A stretch of DNA of 64,000 nt from Eledone cirrhosa. Lineage: Eukaryota. The position numbers and the translations under genes are program-made. The notes under the pieces are model-generated. The model was given only the letters and a program-made list of their open reading frames with translations. It was not told where the DNA came from and ran no database searches. Shown here piece by piece: positions 29,491 to 44,154 of the stretch. Every line of letters begins with the position of its first letter. Position 1 is the stretch's first letter. Where the stretch lies: the NCBI GenBank assembly GCA_964016885.1, contig OZ024740.1, forward strand, positions 162,688,001 through 162,752,000. Reading direction: 5' to 3'.

Positions 29491-29706
29491 ATCTTTCCTC
29501 AGGATCTGACGTAATAATTACGATTGAACTTTCATATTCCCGTCTTCTTCGATTAACAGTTTCAATGATATTTATATTATTTCTCTAACAACAACTGATT
29601 CTATCTGCTTTATATATGTTTATAAATATCTGACTGGAACTTCATTTAAATCATTCAGAAGATAGTAATTTTGACTTCCATCTTCAGTGTTTCTTTATTT
29701 ATATTG

Positions 29707-30133
<427 letters not shown>

Positions 30134-30173
30134 TAAAAGCTAGTGGGTAGATTAATTTAAGATAGTATCAATT

Positions 30174-30206
<33 letters not shown>

Positions 30207-30508
30207 GAATATCTAACACTATAATTGTATCTCACTCTGTGTCTCCTTCTCTTTAGATGTGTGTGTGTGTGTGTGTGTAGTTTTCGTGTGATTCAACCAA
30301 CCAACCAGCCAGCCAACCAATAAATATCTCTTTATATATATATAAATTTCTTCTTCTTCCATTCATAATAAATTTAATTCTTCTTTCTCTCAGACTTCCC
30401 TCTTCTTTCTTCCATTCAGTAGTTTCTCTCATTGACTGCAACATATAACCTTTTGCCTGACTTTTCCCAATTTTTCTCTTATGTTGTCTAAAAATGTGAA
30501 GGCCAGGG

Positions 30509-30596
<88 letters not shown>

Positions 30597-30633
30597 ATAT
30601 ATATACATGCAAATATATATATATATATACATG

Positions 30634-30749
<116 letters not shown>

Positions 30750-30809
30750 GAACACTGGAAGGTGGGACTAGTTTGGTAGATGTAGTAACACAACAGTTAG
30801 TTCACCATA

Positions 30810-30850
30810 CCGAGACCAATTGTTTCACCTTATGCGGATCTTCAGCTCGG
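30810..30850 (-). ncRNA. Minimal hammerhead motif (inverted partner of 33027-33067)
   Basis: CCGAG-CTGAAGA-tccgcataaggt-GAAA-CAATTG-gt-CTCGG. Confidence 0.65.
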
Positions 30851-31011
30851 ACCTCATGATAAGTCGGCAAACCTCACAAAAATACTTCATCTCTGTGATG
30901 TAGTGTTTTTGCATAATAAGCCACGAAACTATGTAGTCGAAGAGTAATGAAGAAATTTGGGTATGGTATATTTTATTAATTATATCTAATGTTTCTTCTT
31001 TCTTTATAATG

Positions 31012-31050
<39 letters not shown>

Positions 31051-31078
31051 GAAAATTAAATGTCTAATTTTGAGTTCG

Positions 31079-31152
31079 CTCCTGATGATTCCGAAGCTCT
31101 GGACATTCCTGTTAACGGATGTCTTAAAATACGGATGAAACCATGGTAGAGG
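31079..31152 (+). ncRNA. Hammerhead motif with extended stem II
   Basis: CTC-CTGATGA-tTCCG...(GGACATTC/GGATGTCT inner stem)...CGGAt-GAAA-CCATGG-TA-GAG. Confidence 0.7.
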
Positions 31153-31354
31153 TAATTAGATATGTACGCAATTCTAAGTTCAATTTTACACCTAATTGTG
31201 TTTGGTTGACTGTATATCTGGTCGATTTTTACATGCTGTCGAAATGTTAGATAAATACCCTATCGTAGCCGCCGCGAAGGGGCTGCTTTCGGTTATTTGT
31301 CGGAGATTTCTTCATAGGAGCCTTTATTCTTATAGCTTGGTCTAATTGATTTTT

Positions 31355-31426
31355 ATATAGTTAATTATGCTAATTGGGAGAGGAAATGGTATATATTATA
31401 TCTAGTGATTCTAAAGACATATTTTA

Positions 31427-31496
<70 letters not shown>

Positions 31497-31568
31497 TAAA
31501 ATATGTCTTTAGAATCACTAGATATAATATATACCATTTCCTCTCCCAATTAGCATAATTAACTATAT
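31355..31568. repeat. Perfect palindrome centred on (TA)n
   Basis: ~75-bp unique arms are mirrored across the TA tract. Confidence 0.9.
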
Positions 31569-31667
31569 TTTACACTCTGTATAGCTCTACACATCATCAC
31601 AGAAGTGAACCTAAACATCGAGGGCTCACCCGGGTGAACCTGCAGTAACTCCTAGTTACACCCACTG

Positions 31668-31924
<257 letters not shown>

Positions 31925-32114
31925 AAGAAAGAGAGATTTATTTAATTATGTCTCATAAAATAATACAGCCAACTATCCACGAAATACAATATAGTTAGCA
32001 CCCCAAACGCATAATTGGGATTATACTCAGGTATATCCTAATGTTTGTTGAGTGAGATGGGAGTTGGTCGGAGTATCGCTAAAAGCTTTCTCTTTTAATG
32101 TATTAAGTATATAT

Positions 32115-32158
<44 letters not shown>

Positions 32159-32160
<2 letters not shown>

Positions 32161-32350
32161 AAAAAGTATGACCCCGACAGCAGAGCTCAAACCGTTTCGA
32201 CGGCTATTTCTAGACTCAGAAATAGCCGTCGAAACGGCTTGAGCTCTGCCGTCGGAGTCATACTTTTTCCTATTACCCACTCTACTACCAAAAGTATTGA
32301 GTACTCTGGTGCGTTATGGTCCATTTGGTTCCTTACCACAATTCCTTCGT
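32159..32350. mobile_element. Fold-back pLTR-like repeat in (TA)n (7 copies: 32159, 46462, 48503, 54324, 55002, 56606, 63413)
   Basis: ~110-bp hairpin (GGAAAAAGTATGACCCCGAC...GTCGGAGTCATACTTTTTCC) plus an ~80-bp tail ending CCTTCGTT-(TA)n. Confidence 0.85.
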
Positions 32351-32438
<88 letters not shown>

Positions 32439-32600
32439 TAGATAAATATACACGGGTATGTATGATTGTGTATAGAAGATTATATTAATAAGAGGAATTC
32501 CAACTTTGTCTGATTTACTCGTTTTATTTACAATCCTTTAAAATTTATAATGGTATTATAATGAAATAGTATGATAGAATATTAAATTCTAAGTGTTAAT

Positions 32601-32639
32601 TGAACAACTACTTTCATGCTTTCGCAATCTTCAGGTTCA
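32601..32639 (-). ncRNA. Minimal hammerhead motif (mirror copy)
   Basis: TGAAC-CTGAAGA-ttgcgaaagcat-GAAA-gtag-TT-GTTCA. Confidence 0.7.
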
Positions 32640-32736
32640 TAATATGTGGTGACAGTCAAGTTTGCAATTTTCAACTGTTATTACCTTCCAGTGTTCTACA
32701 GTTGAAAATTGCAAACTTGACTGTCACCACATATTA

Positions 32737-32775
32737 TGAACCTGAAGATTGCGAAAGCATGAAAGTACTTGTTCA
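32737..32775 (+). ncRNA. Minimal 39-nt hammerhead motif
   Basis: TGAAC-CTGAAGA-tTGC-gaaa-GCAt-GAAA-GTAC-TT-GTTCA. Stem I is perfect, stem II is GNRA-capped and stem III is palindromic. Confidence 0.85.
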
Positions 32776-32887
32776 ATTAACACTTAGAATTTAATATTCT
32801 ACCATACTATTTCATTATAATACCATTATAAATTTTAAAGGATTGTAAATAAAACGAGTAAATCAGACAAAGTTGGAATTCCTCTTA

Positions 32888-32922
<35 letters not shown>

Positions 32923-33026
32923 GTCTCACTCCCATTCTCTCTGAACCTCTGCTTTTCTGTCTGTCACTCTCTATCCCCCCCCCCATCTCTCTCTCTCTCT
33001 CTCTCTCTGTATATATAAATATCAGT

Positions 33027-33067
33027 CCGACCTGAAGATCCGCATAAGGTGAAATAATTGTTCTCGG
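33027..33067 (+). ncRNA. Minimal hammerhead motif
   Basis: CCGAc-CTGAAGA-tccgcataaggt-GAAA-tAATTG-TT-cTCGG. The host repeat 33025-33160 is the inverted copy of 30746-30852. Confidence 0.65.
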
Positions 33068-33166
33068 TATGGTGAACTAACTGTTGTGTTACTACATCTA
33101 CCAAACTCGTCCCATGGACTGAGTGCTTACCACCGGTTATTACCTTCCAGTGTTCTACCTCTTTCA

Positions 33167-33200
<34 letters not shown>

Positions 33201-33203
33201 GCA

Positions 33204-33323
<120 letters not shown>

Positions 33324-34347
33324 AAGAATAGACAAGAAAAACACAGATGCAAAAACACATAGTCTTATTATACGCTTGGGAAGAAGTAAATGAGGGTTTC
33401 AGCGTATCGGACGTAAATCCTCCATCGGGAAGCATCGAAGTTCTGAGAGAGAGAGGGGAGGGAGGTTGGGAAAATGGCTTGATATGTGAGGGCCGAGATG
33501 GATGGTCCAGGTGTGTCGTGGGTGCTATTACGTGTGTGCCAATGGAGTACATGTCGTGAATGTGCATTATTTCTTGTGTGTGTTTGATTTGTGTATTGTT
33601 GATGGATGTGTGCGTGTGTTGTGTATCTACAAGTGTGCGTATTCTTTTTTGTAACTTTGTTTGCATATGTGTACACGTGCGTGCGTGTGTGTATGTTTAT
33701 GTGTGTGTGTATATATGTATGTTTATGTGCGTGTGTATATGTGTGTGTATATGTGTGTGTATATGTGTGTGTATATGTATGTGTATATACATATGTGTGT
33801 ATATATGTGTATATATATGTTTATATTATGTACGTGTATATATGTATATGTATATATGTATGTGTATATATATGTGTGTGTGTGCATATGTATGTTTATG
33901 AGTGTGTGTATATATGTGTGTATTTGTATGTTTATGTGTGGTTGTGTGTGTATATACACGTGTATGTGTGCCTGTGAATTGTTTATTTATTTTATGTGTG
34001 CGTGTTCATGTTAGTTTCGTTTGTTCATGTTAGTGCGTTTGTGAACACTTTATGTACTTTTATGTGTGTACGTGTGTACAAGTTTGTGTATTCGGGTGAT
34101 TATATGTTGTTATTAGTCTGTGTATGCGAGTGTGTTTGTGAGTGTCTGTATAAGCTTGTATAACTGTTTGTATCCCTGTGTGGTAAAATCCCGAGCTTGG
34201 AATCGAAGCATACGAGAAGGTTGGTGTGTAAGGGCCAAAACTTGGGTATTTCAGGAAGTGACCAGAGGAAGGGTGACTGTGTGGGGTGCACTAAAATAGA
34301 AGGGATATGGGGTGAAGGTGTGTAGTAACGCAGAATAAGGAGATAAC

Positions 34348-34379
<32 letters not shown>

Positions 34380-34382
<3 letters not shown>

Positions 34383-34466
34383 GACTTAAGAAAAATGTTA
34401 GATTGGTAGGCTGGGGTCAATGTGAGAGAGTGTGAAAATAAATAAGAGAGAGAGAGGAAAGAGATG

Positions 34467-34533
<67 letters not shown>

Positions 34534-34551
34534 TGTATGTGTGTATACATG

Positions 34552-34595
<44 letters not shown>

Positions 34596-34768
34596 ATGGA
34601 TGTGTGTATATATATATATATATATGTGTGTGTGTATGTGAGAGTGTGTGTATGTATGTATATATATATATATGTGTGTGTGTGTGTATATATATATGTA
34701 TATATATATGTGTGTGTGCATGTGTGTATATATATATGTGTGTGTGTGTGAGTGTGTGTGTATATATG

Positions 34769-34799
<31 letters not shown>

Positions 34800-34804
34800 A
34801 TATA

Positions 34805-34899
<95 letters not shown>

Positions 34900-35021
34900 C
34901 ACATACATATATATATATACATATATACACACACACTCACACACATATATATATATATACATATATACAGACACACTCACACACACACATATATATATAT
35001 ACATATATACACACACACTCT

Positions 35022-35066
<45 letters not shown>

Positions 35067-35096
35067 ACACACACATATATATATACATATATATAT

Positions 35097-35141
<45 letters not shown>

Positions 35142-35194
35142 CATACACACACACTCACACACACATATATATATATATATATACACACACACAT

Positions 35195-35261
<67 letters not shown>

Positions 35262-35400
35262 GTATACACACATACATTCATATATATATATATATATATT
35301 AGACATCTCTTTCCTCTCTCTCTCTCTCTCTCTCTTATTTATTTTCACACTCTCTCACATTGACCCCAGCCTACCAATCTAACATTTTTCTTAAGTCTAA
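34380..35400. repeat. ~1-kb quasi-palindrome: unique ~90-bp outer arms around mirrored TA/GT and TA/CA tracts
   Basis: TTAGACTTAAGAAAAATGTTAGATTGG at 34380 is mirrored by CCAATCTAACATTTTTCTTAAGTCTAA at 35400. Confidence 0.85.
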
Positions 35401-35911
35401 AAAAAAAACGTAAGGTAGGGTAGAGGGAAGAGATATCGTCGGCAAGGCTAGATAGTTTGTATCCTAAAGGAACTGAGTGATCCAGATAAATCAAATGCTG
35501 AACACCACATGACGCTAGTGTGTCTCAGTGCAAAAAAAAAAAAGTTAAATGGAAGAAATAAATAAAGGTAACAACAACAATGAAACAACATCAACAACAC
35601 AGATGTAATCGCTGAGAAGACATTATGACGTTAATATTATTTACAACGACATTTCGTGTAGTTGGGTTTTTGAGAATGATGGTTGCGATGAATGGAACAG
35701 ACGTCAGTAGAAAAAAAATAGCATACAAGGTGATGTGTCGGCAGTTTTATCAGCACCCTTTATTGCTATCCCATACCATTTACCAGTTCTGGTGAAGTTC
35801 GTGTAATTTTACTTACATGAATTTTTTTTTCAACACGTACGTGTGTGCGTGTGTGTATGTAGATTGTACACGCAAATGTAGTGAATGTTAGACGCTGTTT
35901 TCTGTAGTTTT

Positions 35912-36236
35912 TCATCACCTCCTCCTTCCTCAGTTATATCTAGTGCATGACGTCACCACCCCTTCCTTCCTCAGTCATTTCTAGTGCATGACGTCACCAC
36001 CCTTTCCTTCCTCAATCATCTCTAGTGCGTGACGCCATCACCCTTCTTTCCTCAACCATCTCTAGTGCGTGACGTCACCACTCTTCCTTCCTCATTCATC
36101 TCTAGTGCATGACGTCATCACCCCTTCCTTTCTCAATCATCTCTAGTGTGTGACGTCATCACCCCTTCCTTCCTCGCTCATCTCTAGTGTGTGACGTAAT
36201 CAGCCCTTCCTTCCTCAGTCATCTCTAGTGTGTGAC
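35912..36236. repeat. Minisatellite, 8 x 40-41 bp, probably inside a Helitron-like element
   Basis: CTAGTG recurs at 35940, 35981, 36022, 36062, 36102, 36143, 36184 and 36225. It is followed by GACGGAAGGACGGACG...TTTATATATCGAT, resembling a reversed Helitron 5' end. Confidence 0.9.
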
Positions 36237-36299
36237 GGAAGGACGGACGAATGTCGCTCAAATTTATATATCGATTCTGTTTATTCTTACACATATAAC

Positions 36300-36500
36300 G
36301 CAGCGAAATGACAAAGTTGTTGTGATATAGAATAAAAATTATCTTGTGGTATTTGTTTCGGCCCTGTGTGCACTGAGTTCAAATACCACCTTTCGTCCTT
36401 CCGGGGTCGATAAAGTAAAATACCAGTTCAAGGAGGTGGAATGGTGGAATTGTTAGACTATCCGATGAGATGCCTTGCGATATTTGTTTCGGATCTGTGT
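36300..36500 (+). mobile_element. Degenerate SINE pieces
   Basis: CTGAGTTCAAATACC...CCTTTCGTCCTTCCGGGGTCGATAAAGTAAAATACCAG. Confidence 0.6.
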
Positions 36501-37479
36501 AAATTTCAACACAAATACTGTTACAGACTACTTGGGAAATAGATCTAATCCGTCGCCGGGTTTAACACAACCACCATGTACCTTTAGTATATTTCAAAAA
36601 GTTGCAAACATTTAGACGATGTTTATAGTTTGAGGATTCCTTCCTCCCTCTCACCATGAAGGATTAAGGGAACTACCTTTCTATTTTTGACAAATATAAT
36701 TTTAAAAATACATACTTGCACATACACTCTATTTCATTTCATCAACATAGTACTGTTTGCTCAAGCCTGCAAATCCGTGGGTAAGTTGTTATATGCAGAT
36801 ATAGAAGTTACGGTTATTTTTAGCAAAGAATAATTTGTATAATTCGACATAAATAGGAAAACAACTCCAATGTTGGGTCGCTTAAACAATGAAAGTCGGC
36901 TGACACCCGTCGTATCATATGAGAGCGGGTTTCTGAAACTTTAAACCCATCAAACCAATGAAATGAAGGCCAGCTGTAGCATTCCAATATCTCTATGTAC
37001 CCGAATTCTCGTGGGCCACAGCGGGAGCCCAACCATTTTCGTACACTTGTTTATTCTTTGGCAGCATGTTAATACGAGACGTTGTAAAAGGCCATGTTGA
37101 TAACATTGCAGTTGTCAATGACCGTTAGACATTTTCTCAGCTTGGCCTCGATGTTACCCGCTGTGAAATTTTAAGAAATGTGAAGATTCTATTACTCTTT
37201 GTAAACAGAAAAACATAAGTAATTGCGTATAAATGTTTTACGGGTTTGGTCGTTCATCAGTTGACAAGTACCCATACCATTCTGTCCTCCAAAAGAAGCT
37301 TAGTCAAATAATATTTATATCAAACACAACTAGTCTAATACTTAGATACAATTGAAATCTGTGATTGTTGTAATATGTTCTCGTCCAATTCGAAAGTGGA
37401 AGTTTTAAAATGCCCCCATATTATGGAGATACTGTTCCTCAATTGTTGATGCCTGCTCTCATATTTAACTTGCTCCTTT

Positions 37480-37760
37480 GGTGTTTCATAGGTCTTCCTT
37501 TTATTTTTATATCTCTTAGTGTGTCTAATACGAAAATATTTTCATAGAAGCTCGCGTATGTCGGGGCAATTTTAATTTCTATTGTGCCATTAATGTGAAC
37601 ACTTAACCACTTCATTTTGCTTTGGGGATAATGAAAAAAAAAACCTTGTGCTGTAGGTGACACTAATAATTTCTTCTGTATACTAATTGCTATAGTGAGG
37701 CTTTTGTTATTGGGTGTGCGTATATAATGTTTAATACAATTTCTAAACAATTTATAACAT
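37480..37760 (-). mobile_element. Highly degenerate PLE reverse-transcriptase remnant
   Basis: NGTIEIKIAPTYA resembles the GTAMGTKMAPTYA motif. A plus-strand LYKNKDGVDMRVPLG (~38028-38072) resembles the Y.Q.DGVAMGSPLG motif. Confidence 0.4.
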
Positions 37761-38073
37761 TATCCATCAATATAGAGCGGAGAGATACGGGATACATTCA
37801 TCCTTATAGTTTCTAGACATCATAGAAGTATTCCTAGACATCTTAGAAGAAGCAACTTTCACGCAGCAAGACTACTTGCCAACGTTCCGGGGATAGAAAC
37901 AATAGAAATTACATTAAATGGTGTTTACAAAAACCTAATAAAGAAACTATGATTATACTAGCTAGCATGTTGAAGAAATTATTAGTGTTCTGTACAACAG
38001 AAATGATATTTCGATGCCATCAAGGAAATTATATAAGAACAAAGATGGAGTAGACATGCGTGTTCCTTTAGGC

Positions 38074-38407
38074 CAGAGGTTCTCAAAGTGGGCGCTACCG
38101 CCCCCCGGGTGTGGGGTATTGACAAGTTCCAGGAGTCACTGGGGCCTAAGGGGGCGGTAGAGATGATATAATAGTATATTAAATATCAAATGATACACAT
38201 TATATATAAATATAGTAAAATAAAAAACATTAATTTATACGTAGTATATATTATATTATTTATTATATATAAATTAAAGATTTTATTTATTATATTATTT
38301 ACAATTTGCGTGTAGGCAGGTATCTCTGGAAATAGGAGTGGGGGCGTTGAGGGTATTACTTGCCTCTGCTTTAGGTTAAATGTGGTGTACGTAGTTAAGA
38401 ACCTCTG
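38074..38407. mobile_element. hAT (Charlie-like) MITE
   Basis: TIRs CAGAGGTTCTCAAA / GTTAAGAACCTCTG, with an imperfect 8-bp TSD CTTTAGGC/TTTTAGGT. Confidence 0.65.
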
Positions 38408-39327
38408 TTTTAGGTTAAATGTGGTGTACGTAGTTCTAATAGAAAACAATGTGGCAACATACATGAATATAATACATACACCAGGTCTGTAGATGATATA
38501 TACAGCAAGTCGTAATAGACACAGTGGTAAATATATCATCATCATCATCGTCGTTTTATGTTCGTATTTCTACGTGTTTTGTCGACACATATACACACAC
38601 GCAGTCCCCCAACACACGCGCATTATATATGCGCATACACGTGTGTATTTGTGTATGTGTGAGTGTGCTGTCTGTGTGCGTGTGTGCATGTGTGTGTGAG
38701 TGTGTGTGTGTGTCCGTTGATGCCTGTAAGTAATCGAAACAGTCCGGGATATATTTTCCCCATCACCATCTATATAATGTTTTGTTTAAAACAGCCGACT
38801 CATTCGGCAAGAACATTACACACACTCACCCCTACCTCACCCCACCCCTGCTCTTAACAATGACCCTAAGGCAAGTATAGCAAGATAACCCGAGATCAAT
38901 TACGCAACTGTATGGCTAATGTTTTCATGGTATAACATACCCTAATGTGAATATATCTGTTAAAGTTACATCAAATTAAATAGAAAACAGAAAATTGTAT
39001 CCGTACATTTGATACCATTGGTCTTGCATTTCCTTGCAAAACGATTCACTAAAAATTCTAATTGTTTTTTATTTAGTACATCCTGTCTCGTGAGAAATTT
39101 CAGGAAATGTCGTTCGGTTCTCATTCTTATGAAAACCGAAACTTTTCCTCGTTAATTTCCTTGATGGGCATTGCCCAAATGTTAGCCATGTGCACTAGTA
39201 ATGTTGATCAGGCATTTAAGTCGAGATCTCTGCGTGCAATTATCTGTGTGAATGCGTGTTATGCAACTATTTATGTATAGACGTACAGATACATACACTA
39301 TATATATATATAACTCCAAATTAGCTG

Positions 39328-39407
<80 letters not shown>

Positions 39408-39535
39408 TATACATACATAGATATACATACATACATATATATATGTATGTAAAAGGTAAACAGAAATAACAACACAATCAGTACAGTATATGGAAGGAAT
39501 ATATTAGGTTAACGCTTGAAATAGCAGGAAGAGGG

Positions 39536-39571
39536 TCTTAACGTTTCAGGCGCTAGTCCTTTATCAGAAGA
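39536..39571 (-). ncRNA. Minimal hammerhead motif with one core mutation
   Basis: TCTT-CTGATaA-AGGactagcgCCT-GAAA-CG-TT-AAGA. Confidence 0.55.
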
Positions 39572-40750
39572 AAGAATGAGAAATAAGATAGGGACGGGAG
39601 GGGTGGAATTGGAAAAATTGTCTTTAGATAAAAATAACAGGTCCATTCATGTTGACATCTCTTGGATATATATATATATATAACCAACTAATTTGGAATT
39701 TGAAGGAGAAAATATCACCCCCCAAAATAGTGGTACACAACGGTGTTATCAATAAAATGCATACACATAAGCACATTCACACAGAAATCACAACCCCAAC
39801 AGAACATATTAATTTTTCTTACCGAAGACTTTATTCAAAGAAAGTACCCTGTAACAAATTTGTAATCGGTGTTACACAAGCATACTTATACACCCACACA
39901 CACGGAACTATTTTATACTAGTAAGACCATTGTCCAACTTTCTACTCAATACTTAAGGAAAGTAGAATGTAGGTTTTATCACCGTAATTTGATGTTTATG
40001 TCGTTAGCTTTGTACGTTATCAGTCCTGTTTATTTTAGTGTGTGATTAATGTATCTTATGTGTGTTTATTTAAAAATTCTGCTGTACTATAAGTATTGCT
40101 TCCGTTATTGATGTCTTATTTTTATGGGGAAGCCTTTGATATACAGATATATTGTTTACTAATGTTTTATTATCTATATTTCTTTTTTATACAGTACGAA
40201 TAAATATCTTACGAATACAATGACTCCATTTCAAAATATAAACATTAGATTGCTTCAGTATGGCCCCAGTCAGACGGTTGGAACAGGTAAAATAATAAAT
40301 AAAAGAATAATTAAAATATGAAATAGCAGATACAATAATTGTTTCTACTTTAGGCACAAGGCCACCAATAATATTCTAAGACACGAAAATCAAAAACAAT
40401 TTTTAATAATTAAAAGCTATGAACCTACAGGTTACTAATGATTTATAATTTCGTGTATATTTTTTTCTAATTTCGCGTGATTTATATTTTCGATTGCAAA
40501 CAGGAATATTGTAAACTTTCCGACTGAGAATAATTAGAATAATTACAGATTCATTATAGTTACTAATATTTTCTCTAATAAACTGTTCAATGACTTTTCA
40601 GAATGCAGTGAATAGGTTTGTTGTTTTTCTCTCTCGATGCTCTTCAATTTATTTAACTTCCAATTTATTACTTTAAATCTGTGGTTTACGAATGAGGAGG
40701 CCCGTGTATTTATATTTAGGATATCGTTTCTGACATTGAGTTTATATATA

Positions 40751-40896
<146 letters not shown>

Positions 40897-40942
40897 TTCT
40901 GCAGGACTAGAATAAAACAGTTCTAGTCCTGTAGAAGCTATT

Positions 40943-41018
<76 letters not shown>

Positions 41019-41169
41019 TATTTATTTATTTAATATAAAAATAGCTTCTACAGGACTAGAACTGTTTCATTCTAGTCCTGTAGAAGCCATTTCTATATTA
41101 AATATTTATACTCTGTTATGTATTGAGTACCTTACTTACTGTGGTTACCTCCGATTGAACCCGGGATAA

Positions 41170-41237
<68 letters not shown>

Positions 41238-41654
41238 CTATTTATTTTCCTCCTGGGATTTATCGTTGTATATAATTTTAAATAATCCCTATAGAGGTAT
41301 ATATCATAGTTTGTCTGCCCATACCATCTGGAGCCACTTGTGTTTCTATTGAAGATTTGTTCGAGTCAGAGATAGATGGGAGAGTGGTTGAAAAAAGGAG
41401 TCTCTCTAAAAGAATTCATCTTCTTATAAATAAATGACTAGAATTTATTATTTTCTCTTTATCTTTCAGTGTTACTGGCATTTTCTGTTTTGACACGGTG
41501 TGACTAATACACTACTCCAGTATTGAATGTATCATCTTTATATGATATGACGCTTCTGATTCGTAAACTGAAACTAGGAAGTTAAGAGTAGGAATTAACG
41601 ACATAATTGGGACGTTAGTAGAATATCGTTTTGGACAGTTAACCTCATATTCAT

Positions 41655-41790
41655 GTTATTTTTATTTTTATTTTTATTTTTATTTTTATTTTTATTTTTA
41701 TTTCTATTTCTATTTCTATTTTTATTTTTATTTTTATTTTTATTTTTATTTTTATTTTTATTTTTATTTTTATTTTTATTTTTATTTATT
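41655..41790. repeat. (TTTTTA)n hexanucleotide repeat
   Basis: Direct reading. Confidence 0.95.
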
Positions 41791-42489
41791 TTTTTTTTTT
41801 TTTATTTATTTTTTTTTTTCATTTATTTTTTTTTTTCATTTATTCTATTGAAAATGAATTTGCCATTCTGTTTTACGCAGCTTTCCTATACATAAATTAA
41901 ATATTCCTAAACAGAAATAGAGCTGTGGAAATAATGAAATATTTTTCTCTTTCCCTTTATTTTGCACAAGGTATACATTAGAGGTTTTAACGCTTACTTT
42001 TCTATATATTTCTTATTTCAGGGCAACATTCAACATTTTTAGAAAAAGATAAATGTGAGTTGGTGAAGTTTATGCCTTTATCAAGATCATCGGTGCTGTA
42101 AAGTATGTGTTCCTTATTCGTGTTGTAGTTTTGAAACTTTCTTTTACATTAGAAAATGTCTACTCCACTACACCGATCATAATAGATGATTTAGTACGAG
42201 AGATACTATGTCTGAATGAATGACATGATGGTCAATGCTTATATCGGTTGATTAAATGTCTGTTGGATCGAGTTTGACCTGGGGCTAAACAACAACAACA
42301 ATAACACTGAAGCTCCAAGAATACGGTTAGCTGATTTTAAGTTGAATTGCTTTTAGTAAGAATTATCATAAACATTCTTTTAATAATGAGTTTAATATTT
42401 GAGTTGGATTTCAATTAATATTTTTAATTACCTTAAATTCTCATTCATGGAGTCGTAATAAAGAAAAGTCCTTCTATTCCTTCTTCGCC

Positions 42490-42910
42490 CACTTATTCCA
42501 GTGAGTGTCGTGGCGGCAGAGTCCTCAAGCATGCCTTTAGCGGGTCCTGTCAAAAACAACCGTCTCTAATTGATCCGGCTGGATCCCTAAACGAGACCAT
42601 CTTTCTCGGAGTCTACCACTGCGTCTCCTGCCGGTTGGTTTTGCCCATAAAATTTGTCCAGCGATTTTTTCATGAGACATTCTAAGCACATGTACGTAAT
42701 ATCGGATCTATGATCTCTCAATTCGGAGAAGTAGCGGCTCTACCTGCAGCGACACTTTGATTTCGAGCTACGCACTCGATCGAGTAACGCTACACCAAAG
42801 ACTCTTCGGAGGAGCCCCAATTCAGCCGCATGTATTCGCGAACATATTATTTGAGTCATTGCTCAAGAAACTTTAGTTCCCCTGCTATAACACTTCAAAT
42901 GCATCGAGGT
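42490..42910 (-). mobile_element. RTE-type LINE 3' fragment (degenerate)
   Basis: Homologous to 10305-10470 (GGGTCCTGTCA...ATCCGGCTGGATCCC...GGTTGGTTTTGCCC). Confidence 0.6.
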
Positions 42911-43295
42911 TTTGGATTTATATCAATAACATAAGTTTCAACATATTAATAAAATCCTTTACTATAGTTTAAATTGTGTTGCTGTCAGTTATGTCATGTG
43001 GCATACTCTGCCTTTTCCCTTATAAAAAATTGTGAATGGTTAGTAATAAACGTTAAATACCATTCCTCATTTTCATTTTTTATTTGATTTCTTCAAATGT
43101 TTTGTTTTTCTTTCATAACATGATTTATGAGAAGTGTGAATATATTGTTATTGTGCATTAATATGTAATATGACTCCTGAAGTGGAACTAGAAACGATTG
43201 TACATATGTAGTAGGCATACACACACACACACACACACATACATGCATATGGGTGTGTGAGTGTGTTTGCGTGTGTGTGTGTATGTGTACATATG

Positions 43296-43340
<45 letters not shown>

Positions 43341-43513
43341 TGAAACGGCAAGAAATATATATTAAATATATATATATATATATATATGTTGAAACGGCAA
43401 GAAATATATATATAAATAAATACATATATATATATATATAAAGGACGTAAAATAAGAAAATATTTTTTTTAAAAAAAAAAATTTAAAAAAATTTTTTTCT
43501 TACTTAAATTTTC

Positions 43514-43595
43514 ACTCCAACTAATTAGTTTCTGCAATGGGATAAAGACAGTTACGTAATCCAACTGTCGAGAATTCATTGCGTCATCAGGAAGT
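43514..43595 (-). ncRNA. Hammerhead ribozyme motif, array copy 1
   Basis: Reverse complement of 44912-44993. Confidence 0.8.
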
Positions 43596-44072
43596 CTATT
43601 CTCAGTTAAGTCTCCAGGCAATGCGCGGACACTGGCGGCTCATATAAAAATAATAATAATTCGGTAGATCGAACAGCTTGCGAGGACTGGATTCTATGTA
43701 CCGAAATTCTCACTGCTTCAAGTCAAATGGCCGATTCTAAAGAATCAATCACGTGACACAGAGGCTAGTTAGAAGGAATGGGATGGTAAGATGACTGACG
43801 CCTACTAACACCCCAAAAAAAATTTTTTTAGAAGTGGTTTTGACAAGTTTGCTCGACAAATCAGTGATTTGGAGATAAATATAGATAATTTAATATATCA
43901 ACTAACATAAGCGCACAGATGCACGCCCATGCCAGCAAATACACAGGTTATGTCATAGTACCTAGGTGGTTCAATGCAGGAGAATGCAGAACAATAATAT
44001 AAAGGACGTAAAATAAGAAAATATTTTTTTTAAAAAAAAATTTAAAAAAATTTTTTTCTTACTTAAATTTTC

Positions 44073-44154
44073 ACTCCAACTAATTAGTTTCTGCAATGGG
44101 ATAAAGACAGTTACGTAATCCAACTGTCGAGAATTCATTGCGTCATCAGGAAGT
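44073..44154 (-). ncRNA. Hammerhead ribozyme motif, array copy 2
   Basis: Reverse complement of 44912-44993. Confidence 0.8.

Larger units (their letters stand above)
32481..32896. repeat. Inverted repeat with ~198-bp arms, each carrying a hammerhead
   Basis: 32481-32678 versus 32699-32896, with two visible mismatches and a ~20-bp spacer. Confidence 0.93.
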
